DNA of 62,961 bases, counting the filler, from Collodictyon triciliatum (Eukaryota): assembly GCA_043381765.1 (NCBI GenBank). It is 4 parts of 4 records of this genome, joined end to end, with 100 filler letters (N's around TTAATTAATTAA, not from the genome) between each part and the next. Parts side by side here need not be neighbours in the genome. Positions count along the whole stretch, not along the records: positions 15,778 to 31,443 come from JBHJMP010001647.1; positions 31,544 to 47,210 come from JBHJMP010001648.1; 2 more parts are not named here. One strand, 5' to 3'. This document shows positions 27,716 to 39,700 of this stretch, piece after piece; the first letter of the stretch is position 1; each line of letters starts with the position of its first letter. The position numbers and the translations under genes were made by a program. The notes under the pieces were generated by a model. It had not been told where the DNA came from, did no database searches, and worked only from the letters and a program-made list of their open reading frames with translations.

Positions 27716-28387
27716 GGCTTCCGATTCATCAGGAATGCCCTTAGTGGGATATTCAAAGAATCGAATAGGGATTTTAGTAGGATAAATTGAATATGAATGA
27801 GCGGTATTAAAAAAAAACTACGGGTTCATTAGGTGAAATCAGTGAATGCGGAAAAGAAAAAAAAAGAAACTTTAGAAGAGAGTCACGCACAGAGATGACC
27901 GGGACTTCGAGACTTGGAGCTGAACGAAACATAGTTCTGCTTGGCGCCTGTGTTCCTTTGCTTCCTTTTTCTTTTTTGTGGTTAGCTTCACACGATAGTC
28001 ACGGGGCGGGTGCGGAATGAATGAATGAAGGGATTTGCGTCCCGATCCTGCGATTCTTGTCTCATCGACGGATATATGTTGTTTGTATCCATCAAAATGA
28101 ATAAGGAAAAAAAAAAGAGACAAAGAAATCAAAAAAAAAGAAAAAGTGCATAAAACGGTATGCTAATCTGGAATTTATGAGATATTTAGATAATTTTGCA
28201 GATGATTATTCGCATCTCATAGCATTCCCTGAAATTTCAAGACAGATATACTTTCGTGCAATATCTGCACGGCATATCTAAGATTGTCCACATGATTTTC
28301 CCTTGCTGCTCATTGAGGCTCTGCAAAGCTCGCACATCCAAGACATGAGGGCGAGATGCAAAAAATGACGGCAATTGGCCACATGTT

Positions 28388-30333
28388 TTATGTTTGCTTT
28401 GGAAGCGAGTAGAGTCTTGAAGGCACGTGTCCAGGAGACTCGATAAGGCGACGTGTTTGGCATTGCAGGCAACTGAGGACCTCCCTGATGGTGAGTGAAA
28501 TCAATATGTGCGTTCGATGGAATAGCAGTGGTTTGCATAAATTTCTTTGCCTTGCATATAAAAATGAAAGCGTCCAGTTTTCTGATTTACGCGAAATGTA
28601 TGTCAAGTTGCGCAGTGCCTTTAAAATAAAAAAACTTGTAAAAAAATAAATCTCAACGTGGCTTGCATGGTGGTGGTCAGCTGTGTATCGGGGCTTCGGC
28701 AAGCGTGGCAGAAGACATATATTTCCACATACATTTCAACAGCATCAGCAAATTCTTTCGGACTGGTGCCCATTCTGAAGGATAATCCGACCTTGGGGGT
28801 TGTGGATACCGACTCAAGTCCTAAATGCTTTTGCATCCACCTTGATACGTGCCTTGGTGGTCTTCCCATACTACAACAATTCATTTAACAAACACAGAGA
28901 AAAATAATGAATCGGTACTGTCAGTGCTTTACGAATAATATCCATCTTCGCTAGGAAAATAATACATGTTCGTTAGATACATTCGAGCTATTATATATCC
29001 TCGAAAGATAAATAAAAACATGATTCGAAGCTCACATTCCGCACATCTCATAGAAGTTAGTCCAAACGTTTTTTGATTGAGTCTCCTTAGATATAGTCGG
29101 GGCTTTCATATCTATGTGAAAATATTAATATACATTTCAATCGATCAATCTCCATACAAAATAATAATGGGATAAAATGATTGGACTATTGAAGAAACTG
29201 AAAAAAATTGGATGGTTTTCATTGTTGTTCCATCATGCTAATTTAATGGCTTATTAAAATAGTCACATGGGCGAATTTTCTGTGCTTGCAGGTCGTCCGT
29301 TAGCTTCAACATAGGTTTGATTCGCTCCAACAACTATCCATCATAAAATGAGTCATATAAGACATATTCAAGACAAAAACATCTTATGAATTTTCATCTC
29401 GTAGATTTCATTAAATATAAACCCCACTGTTTCATAAGAATCCAGGTCTAGGTATTCAGCCTGGCTTTTGCCTGAGCTCGGAGCAGATTGTGCTATTAAT
29501 TTCGATTCCATATCAATACTCAGAGATTCGTCCTCATGCCCATCCTGTCTCATGGCATTTGACCCGAACGCATCCCCCTAGTTTTCACAGAAAAGAATAA
29601 TGACACAAGTTGCGAATAAATGAGAGTTTACAATGTCCCTCTTCTTCTTTCCATCAAGCATTAAATATTGCAATAATTGTTAAACGCTTCTTCATTATCT
29701 GATTGAATTCTCACACGAATAGAGATTACATACAAGAAGGGGATGACGTTCTGCAGAGGGAGGGTTTCCTTTAGTGCGAGTGGGTTTAATATTCGGAAGA
29801 TGAGTGGGCAGGGTATGGTTCAAGTTACTGCAAATATGCATTCGAGCTTTACAACTGCAAATAGAACAAACCTGCAATGAAGAGTGGATAAGTTAATTAT
29901 TATGTTCCACTTTGAAACTATTCATTGTCTTGAATTATGTATAATTTTTTTATCCTCCAGGTTTGTTAGAATAATTAGCAGAAAAAACCTGTATCTCTAT
30001 GTACTTGTGACTGCGATTTCTTCTTTTTCTTCTTCCGTTCGTTCGGGTGAAACTAAATCATTTGGGAATAATCAACAGCTAATATGAAGATTGCGCCATT
30101 TCAACAGGCAAAGGTTCAAGTCACACAATTCATTATTGATCAAAATCGTGACGTTATTTGAGTCTTTTTGTCTGTAGAATGATAAATACAAGCGGCGTAG
30201 AATTGTATCTCAAAGGAATTCATTTAATCATCATACTGCGAAAGAATGAAGAAGGCCTTTAAAATGATAATCAAAAATTATATTGAAAAGTTTTATTTCA
30301 ACGATAAGATGCATGAAGTAAACATACCTCCAT
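28388..30333 (-). CDS. Divergent eIF2-beta-like protein (eIF2-beta/eIF5 zinc-ribbon domain); start uncertain
   Basis: SYET|LLERI...MKAP...NFYEMCGIMGRPPRHV...YVEIYVFCHACRSPDTQL...LSCLQC aligns by eye with eIF2-beta YEELL.R...KPP...NF.DIC..L.R.P.H...YVTCHTCRSPDT.L...C..C. One RKKKKKK box lies N-terminally. Confidence 0.72.
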
Positions 30334-32224
30334 TGCCTTGCTGCTGGTAGGGACCTGCTAGTTGGACCTCTTTTGGGCTTCGTGGGTTGTAGACTCTGGG
30401 GCTCTTTTGTCTTTTGATCCTTTGATTTTTCATTTTTTTTTTGTTTCTTTGCCTCTATTTTTCTCTATTTCTCTTTGTTTTTTTGTATTTGTTTTTTTTT
30501 TTTAGGTGGCTTGGTTTCTTCCTGATGGCGTGCAAGTGAATATACCACAAAATCACTGGAGAGCATAACGCCGTTCAATAAGTTGCGTTTGTTCGCTGTT
30601 TTCAAGGAAAACTTGTTCTTCGAACAAACGCCAATGGATTGGAGGTTGACGGGCGCATTACTTTTTTTTCTTTGGCAACTTTACGATGGTAAGAGTGTAG
30701 ACAAACAGGATATAAACGCATGAACTTTCTGCCTGATGACCCACGGTTTTTCTTTCGCGGTTGTGTTAAACAAAGGTGCAGACGTTGGGCCAGCGATGTG
30801 TGGATGTGAATCTGTGTCTTTTTGCTGGCGTGTGATGGGCTCGGCAACCATGAGCTCATAGAACTCGGGAATCTAGGGCTGGCTTACTAGTTACGTAGAG
30901 AATCAGGAAGGTCAGAAGATAGAGAAGCTACTATTTTACTCAACCGAGGCACCCACGAATGATGATATCATAGACTGCTTCAGATAAGACCATTTATTGT
31001 CGCGGAAAAGCCAAAACCTGCTTTGCCCGAAAAGCGCGATGAAAATGTGTAAGATGATACCGTTCCGCCCTGTTCTACCGAATACATTATCAATCCACAT
31101 TAATAGATTTTTACTATATCAGCAGTGAAAATTTTCATATTTGAGTATTATTCTGCATAATCACCGACCAATCAAAACGCCTTCTAACACCACTTCCAGG
31201 AATATCTGACAGATCACCACCCACATGTATATAATTCAAACACCTCACACTATGAGCTTCAAGGCACGAAAAGTCGCAGATGTCAACACATCCCCAATAG
31301 GAAAACTCACTGTGTCTTCGCCATTTCCATTCAAAGCCAAAACAAAAACAAAACAAAAACAAAAACAAAAACAAAAACAAAAACAAAAACAAAAACAAAA
31401 ACAAAAACAAAAACAAAAACAAAAACAAAAACAAAAACAAAAANNNNNNNNNNNNNNNNNNNNNNNNNNNNNNNNNNNNNNNNNNNNTTAATTAATTAAN
31501 NNNNNNNNNNNNNNNNNNNNNNNNNNNNNNNNNNNNNNNNNNNTTTTTTTTGTTTTTTTTGTTTTTTTGTTTTTTTGTTTTTTTGTTCTTTTTTTTTCTT
31601 TTTTGTTTCTTTGATTTTCACAAAATGGATTTCGAGATCCGAAAGCTCATTTTTAAATTTTGAATCTGAACCAGGACATTTTTTTTCCGTTGGGCTACTG
31701 GAAGGGTGAGGTGTGTTTCGCAGCAAGGAAGTCGGCAGCGGCTGGAGCGGTCTTTGCCTTTCCTCGTTGTTCAGGGGAGGGTGAAACCAGCCGCGATAAA
31801 GCCAGTATGTTGTCCCCGTCTCCACTTTAATTATCGCTGTGGCCTCTCAGATCGCCCCAAACTTCCTTTTGGCGAATAGAGCCGAGCTTCTTGTGTTGTG
31901 AATTGGTTTATCTTAGTCTTATTGTTTCGTTTCGTTTTGTTTCGCTTCAGCCCTCATAGGAGAAGTGCCCTGTGTAGCGATGATGCTCGGGCAATTGATT
32001 TCATCTGTAAATCATATCAGACTTTGGTTGCAGAGACGCACGGGTGGGGGTTATCCGCCGCGCCCTTGCGCCCTTTCGCGCTTTGGCATCAGAGTTTAAA
32101 ACATACCATTCTTGGAATCATAGCGCGGCGACGAGTCTAAAAACCGGTTGCGTATCAAAGACAAAGCTGTCAGAACGCACGCCAAAGAGACGCACAGAAA
32201 GGTTACTCCGTGTATGATTTGCAG

Positions 32225-35200
32225 ATGCACCAAAGAAGAACTTGGACTTGGAATCCGCCTCAAGCAAGAGCCAGCACAGAGCGCCCGCGGTTCAGCCCAC
32301 TAGCCGATCGGAAGAAGAAAACCGATGCCGAAGTGACGCAGGCCGAAAAAACAGGTTTTTCCTCAGCGGTGCTATACCATGACGAAAGGGAATTGTTTTA
32401 AAAGAAAACACGACGTATAGCCGGAAGCCTCAGTTCATTTTCTCAGAGTTCATGAACAGATGAAAATAATAAATACTACTATTTCTTTTTTAAAACGCTA
32501 CCTTCAACATAATTATTCCTTTTTAGAAATGATAATGATAATGATAATGATAATGATAATGATAATGATAATGATAATGATAGTGATAGTGATAGTGATA
32601 GTAACAACGAGAACACACTATTATGACACGATCAAATCCCCTGCCGCTCAGGAAGATGCAACCTATCATTCCACATGATTGACTCTATTCCGAGCCGGCT
32701 CAAGAGGAATATGCGCTTGATAGAACTGGACATATCTTGCAACCAGCTGGAGGCTATCCCTAGGTCGAATATTTCTTCCCTGTGAATTTTTTTACCATAA
32801 AATGACACACAAATATCATCACCTTTTCCTTCTTATCGGCATTAATCCATCAATTCTCAATTATATTATTCTCGATAATTTATTGAACACAACATCAACT
32901 CCTAGCGATCTATTTTCCATGACGTCTTTAAAAATCCTCAACATGAGCTGGAACAGACTGATTCTTTTGTCTCAGGACATCGGAGCACTTGTACATTTAA
33001 CCAGGATATCTGCTGATTTCAATCAGATACGTGCACTTCCGCCACAAATCGGGTTATTAACAAACCTGATATCATTCACCATGACCGATAACATGCTTTC
33101 GTCACTCCCTGTCGAGGTTTGACACATTCTCATTTTGGCCCAGTAAAGATAATTCACACTTGTTCTTCGTCATGACATTCATACTATTGCAGCCCCTCTT
33201 TGCGTGGTGATACTTCATATGTTGGGTGTACACTCATGTTGCATACAGGCCTTAGCATCACTATTTTGCAGAATCATTTCTTTCGTAATATCTCAAAAAT
33301 TTTCGTCCTAAGCTGGGTTTAAATCATGCTTTATAGATCGGGAACCTGTGTCAGCTCAAAGAATTAAACCTAAGATACAATCACATCGAAATCATTCCAC
33401 CAGAGTTATGCTTGGTTCACCCAGACTGCGACATCAACCTCGCTGGGAACCCACTTCTTATACCTCCCATAGAGATTTATTCCTCTGGAAGATGTCAATT
33501 TATGGGCTATCTTAGGAAACAGTACGAAGATGCGAAATCGACGCATGAGGCACCGCTCAGTCAATATACTATATCTCCCATCTCAATTCCCATCAAGCCT
33601 ACAACCCCTCAAGCTGCAAAGTCACCTACACCCACAAAATCTCCTGGTGCAATCACTTCGCCTAACAGAGACCTTAAACTCATCAATTTGGCACTAAATT
33701 TGAACACAATTAATGTGCCACAGAGGAACCACGTCTCAAACGCAATCTCTCCCCATCTAGTGGTTTCATTTGAGCCGAAAACCACATCTCGGAGTAGTTC
33801 TAGCCCTTTGAGTGCCAAAAGTTCCTCGAGTAAGCATAGCTACGACTAAAATATTTCCTCACTTTCTTCTTTTTTTTTTTTGATCTGGACAAACATTTTT
33901 ATTTTCACGAATAAACATTCCTGAACTATTATCGAAATCGATCAAATCAACTCACAGGTACAATTCCTAAAAACGTTTAGATATTAAGACCTTAAGTACT
34001 GCTTTGCCTTCTCCAAAATCACGTCCGTCAACCTCGTATCATGCACTTCCAGCGTCCTTACCTTCTGCTGCCCGAAGAGTATTTGGGACAGAAAACGTCG
34101 CGGAGAGCTCTCCACCAAAAGCAGATATTACACATCCCGGACAGATTCATTTCTGTCCGTCTCAATCTCCACCAGAATCATACTATCTTCCATATGGTAT
34201 AATACTTTCCCCAAAAGCTATACACTCAATTTGATTTTGGCCTTCCAAATAGATATAGGGGGTCTCTTTAATACCTTTTCCCTAAACTTCCTGTTTTTTT
34301 TTTTCCAGTCCCCATATCAAGAACCTTTTACCGTCCTCGCACGTCGTCAAACTCATCGCTATACAGAAGTACTATCCACAGGCCAAGGCGACTAACCAGC
34401 TCAAAAACACGTAAACTAATCATATCGCCTTTTTTCTTTTCTTTTCTACTAATTTTCAATCTGTATGAAGTGGCGTGGGCATTTTCTCACTTTTTTGTAT
34501 TTATATTTATGCATGTCTTTTATGGGACTATTTTTCATGTGCCTCCTGAACAATTCTTCAACTAATTGATTATCTGTTTGGTGGCAGAGGAGCTGGAATC
34601 AGAATTCGAGTCAACTTCGAGCACAATTGAAAAGCCAGCTGTGCCGACCCCTTCACAACCCCAAGAAGTTACCGCTTCTGTATCTGAAGAAGAAAATGTT
34701 GTGTCTGAGCCGACAATAGACGGGTGAGTTACTATCTCGACTGCTTGGAAGCCACGCCATATTTACAATAGGGTGTAGTCTATGTATTGTCATTCTTTCT
34801 AAAATTGCACTTTCTCAAAAGGCCGTCACTTATGAGCGAAATCGAATCAGTTCGCGAAGCACTTCTCAGGAGAAACCCGGGATTGATTCCGATGTTCGAA
34901 AGTGCACTACAAGGTATGCTTAAACTCCCTTTTTTTCTTTCCTATGCATCAGATATCATTTCATGTGACCATTTTCCTTTACATACACGCAACACCTTCA
35001 ATTTAACTCATCGTATATTCTTTTCTTTATAATCATCACAGACATTCATAGCAGGAGAGACGATGATATTGACCTAAACCAAATATACTCAAGCGATGAT
35101 GAACTTCACGAAACTCATCAAACTGACTCTCTGTCCACAAGAATTGGGGTGGTTGAAAGTATTGAACAAGGTATGGCCCAAAAAAATTCTCTTTTTTTTC

Positions 35201-35651
35201 TCTTGGCAAACTCCTGGAAAGAAATTTTTTGTAATATGTCATAGAAAACATGTGTATCATCTTTATTTGACACCTTTATAATTTAAACCTGCTTTTTACG
35301 TCGCAGATAAGAACGCCACGTTGTCCAATCATGACGAGTTTTCCCTTTGCGAAGATGAGGAGGCACCCCCAGGGATGGAATGCATCGTTTGCCTTTCCGG
35401 TACTTCCACCACGCCTCAAAAATTTTCATATGCATATGATGTACTTTTAAGTATATATCATTTTCTTCTTTGAATCGAGTAGGGGAAAATTGGATATAAC
35501 ATTTTAATTTTTATGCACAGCCAAGAAAAGAGTAGCCGCATTTCCTTGTGCCCATATCGTCTACTGCTTCAAATGCTACCAACTTGCGGATAGGAAACTC
35601 TGCCCCATTTGCCGTCAACCAGCATCAAGTCACATCAAGATGAATTTCTAA
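32225..35651 (+). CDS. LRR + C-terminal RING (C3HC4) protein, probable E3 ubiquitin ligase
   Basis: LRRs LIELDISCNQLEAIP, LKILNMSWNRL, LTRISADFNQIRALPPQIGLLTNL and LKELNLRYNHI, with LRR cap LAGNPLLIPP. An S/P-rich linker precedes CIVCLS.AKKRVAAFPCAHIVYCFKC...CPICRQ. Confidence 0.85.
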
Positions 35652-36066
35652 TAAATATATGATTTTGTATGCACTCGGCGCTTCTATGTAATTGTTGGTG
35701 CCTTTCTATCTTTCTGCTGGATTCGTAACTAACGGTCTTTTTCAGATAATACGATATGTGCGCTCCGTCTGACTTGTTTTCCTGTTGGTGATGAGGAAAG
35801 AAAATGTGAAACAAAGAAAATGAAAGATTGGTGAGATAGGAAGGAGAGAAAGTGTTCTCACGTCCGGGCTATTCTAACCGAGTTGGCTTTGCTCAAGTGC
35901 GATTTCTTGCTGTGTTCGACACTGACAGGAGAGCATTTTTTTTTTCCCTTTCTTCGATTCAAGGGACAGGAGAGCAGATAAAGTTGTCGGGTCGATGAAA
36001 GATGAAAGCACGCACAAGGCAGTTACATCTAGGATTGATTCCGACAAGTCCCTTCAACGCTTCATC

Positions 36067-36434
36067 TCAGACAACTTGTTGCCTCCTGCTTTCTTTCTCT
36101 CTTGAGACAATGCTCTGCATCCACTCTTCATCGCTGGAGAAAATCGGTTTGCGTCTTGCTAGCCACACACCCTGTCAAACCAGAGTGGCTTCTCGATACG
36201 CATTTTTTTTATTTTGTGGGGGTGCTTCAATCAGCGCCTCGCCTTCTAGTCTGGAAAATATAAATGAAAATGCATAAATCCCACCAAAGCACAGAGTTCC
36301 TTTGTAAGATAAAACATTCTGAAAGAAACACGCACAGACCATCCATAAAAAGGTATGGATGCCCCATAGAAGCATTCTTTTCGTGAGCCCGAATCACTTG
36401 CGGATCGGTTTGCCCTTGTGCATCCGAATCCATA
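36067..36434 (-). CDS. Possible small 3-exon gene (about 68 aa) divergent from CUL4
   Basis: MDSDAQGQTDPQVIRAHEKNASMGHPYLFMD|EGEALIEAPPQNKKN|ADEEWMQSIVSREKESRRQQVV* can be assembled with GT-AG junctions. Alternative assemblies exist. Confidence 0.3.
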
Positions 36435-36540
36435 ACGCGATCGAATCCTCCCCTTTCGCTGCAGCGACCCAACACGAGCTCTTGACTGAGTTTAGCCTCG
36501 ATGGAGTAACAAGCAATCAAAACGAACAAATGAAACAAAA

Positions 36541-36692
36541 CAATAGTAATAGTAATAGTAATAGTAATAGTAATAGTAATAGTAATAGTAATAGTAATAG
36601 TAATAGTAATAGTAATAGTAATAGTAATAGTAATAGTAATAGTAATAGTAATAATAATAATAATAATAATAAACACAGCAACAATAATAATA
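36541..36692. repeat. (AATAGT)n/(AAT)n microsatellite just upstream of the CUL4 start
   Basis: Directly visible. Confidence 0.95.
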
Positions 36693-36716
36693 ACAGAAGA
36701 AGGAAAAGAACAAGGT

Positions 36717-39700
36717 ATGGAGAGCAAGAGACAGCCCGCAAAAGCACAGAAGCCGGCCATAGTCGTTAGCGTGAACTGTATGTATCAAGCAGCGCCATCG
36801 CTTACATTACGTCCTTTTGAGCACATACTTTTTTATTTTTGTTGTGTATATGGTTTTCTTTTCTTCTTTTTTATATTGAAGTTTTATTCTGCTCCAATGT
36901 GGATCATAATTATCTTATGGTCTAATTTGTCACCTTCGCCCCATATGAACTTGTGCCAGTCAAGCCAAAAGGATTCGACGAGTCTGAGAAGCTAAACCAG
37001 CTTGAAGCGTCTGTCCGCGCCATACAACTGAATGAATCTAACAGTGTTCCACGAGAACATCTCTACCAGGTAGACGAGGAGAGAGAACCTTTCATGTTAC
37101 ATATTGGATTTAATTATCGCAATCTGACCTTCTCCAATAAATATATAACCATGAACATATTCCGTTAGAGTGTAAAGCTACTTTGCGACAATAAAAAGAA
37201 CGAAATTGTTTACAATCGCTTGCAAATTTTGTTTCAAGAACACGTTTCATCGATTCTTATGGCATCAAGATTGTATGCGTTCTCACTATTTTCGACTTAA
37301 ATGCCATTAATACACTTCCCAAAATATGAATAACTCCCCCTTCAATACAGTCAAAGCCTAGATTTAATACCTTTGCTTCAACTTTTGGATGAGACATGGG
37401 GCGACTTTTCTGAAAAAGTGGTATGATTTCTTATCTTATATCAGATTTCACCAAGTAGCACATGATTCTCTCTATCTGTATCAGATATAATGCGAGCAAA
37501 ATTGTTTTATATGAGAAAATCGTTTCGTGATTATTTTTCTCCTCGCAAATTTTAGGAGGTTATTCGACAGATATACATATACTTGGAAAGGTCGTATCTC
37601 AAGGCGCAAGAAATGAAATCCATTTACGATATTGGAGTCAGGATTTTCCGAGACAATTTTGTTGCTGTTGAAAACCTCTCCAAGAGAGTCATACAAGGGG
37701 TTCTATCTCTATTTTCGAAAGAAAGGTATCGAGAGAAAAACAAAGATAAAAGTATTAATTTACCTGAAGCCTGTGCAATCTATATTATGTTCACGATGTA
37801 ACTTGGTTTTCCGATAATATATACTCGATTTACTATCATATATGGGCAGAAATGGAGATCATATCGACGGTAATCTGATGCAAAATATTGTCAGGATAAT
37901 CGCAGATCTTCAGGTTATAGCATTTTGTGAGAAAATTCCTTAATAGTTTGGTTATTTGTATCATCATTTTACGATTTTAAAATTGTAGCAAAAATAATAA
38001 TAATGACATCTTGACTCTACACAGTTGTATGGAATCGAGCTTCATGAACCACTTATGCAAGAAACAAACAAGTTCTACAGCCTTGAGGCAACATCATTAT
38101 TTCAAACTCTTGAGGTATGGAAATGAGTATAAACATACTATTTCTGATGGAAATAAATCAACATATGTATCACGCACTAGTTTGGAGAAAAAAAAGCATC
38201 ACATGTCCCACTGTCTACTTATTCGTGTGATTATTTAATTGTAAAATAAATAAAATGCAACGCATCCAGATTCCCGATTTTTTAATTCATTGCGAGAAAC
38301 GAATGAAGTCAGAGGCGGACTTGACCCAGAGTATACTTGAGCCAAATCCCCGAAAACAAATCATGGATATAATATGTCAAAATTTTATTATTGACCCTCA
38401 TATGGATATTTTAGATAAAGGTAACGTATCCTCAACGCCAGCATAATTTTTTTTATTATTATTAATATTACAGAAGCACGGGGGATTAAAGCATTTTGAA
38501 AATATGTCAATAACATTTTTTTAAAAGAAAACTAAACACACGCGCCAAATAGCTCACGAACCCTTTAAATAGGATTTCCTCAACTTGTAACCCAAGGGCG
38601 AGTCGAAGACTTATCCAGAATTTATAGACTGTTTCAACGAACACAACTGCTTTCTTCATTGAAGAGCGCCTTCGTTTCTCATATAAAAGTGAGCGACATA
38701 ATTAAATCTACAAAATCCAACAATTATTTGAGTCTTTGAATCAAATGTACTAAATTAAGTGTTTTTTTTGTTTGTTTGTTTGTATCATTCCCTTTTTGCA
38801 AGAAAACCGGATTGCAGCTGGTAAAAGACCAAGACCGTGAAGCAACTTTAGTGCAAGATCTGTTAGATATGAAAGATAACATGGACAATCTTGTTCGAAG
38901 TGGCTTTCGCTCAGACGAGTCGTTCATAAACGGAATCAAAGTGCAGAAAATAATCATATTTTTTTCTGTTGTGCATATTTTTCATCCTCGTTCTCTGAAC
39001 TAGAAACCCTACTTGTTTTTCTTTTTAAAGGCAGAGCACTTTCAGTTTGGTTAATTCAAAAATATTATTAGGAAGGATTTGGCGGATTTATTAACGTTGT
39101 ACAAAACAAACCTGCTGAGCTGATTGGTTTGGAAACTAAATTGATAGTAGCTGCTAATGCAGCCTCTTTTCATAACCCAAATAACTTAAAGAATGTTCTG
39201 TGTGAAAAAAAATCACTATTATTTGTATTATAGCAAAATACATCGATACCAAATTGAGAGCTGGAAACAAGGTAAGACAGATGTTATCTGCGAAAACAAA
39301 CTATTTTTCAAGAAAGGAGCGAAGGAAAAAAAAATATAGCATCCATATATATTTTTCTTTTGAAAAGTTGACCCTAGCTTGACGCCAAGCTCCTGTCTAT
39401 TTACTCTAATTCAATCATGTAGGAATCATCCGAAGATGAAATGGAAATTGTGATGGATAAGGTTTTGGTTCTTTTTCGGTACATTGAAGGTAATCACATA
39501 TTTATTGGAACATTATCAACTAATTAAAATAAATATGGGCAGTTAAGTCAATATGAATACCCCTAGGAAAAGACGTATTTGAAGCATTCTACAAGAAATT
39601 ACTTTCAAAACGACTACTTCTGGGGAAAAGTGCGTCAAATGACCTTGAAAAATCTGTGATATCAAAGCTGAAAACGGGTATGCTATTTTACATGTTTCCT

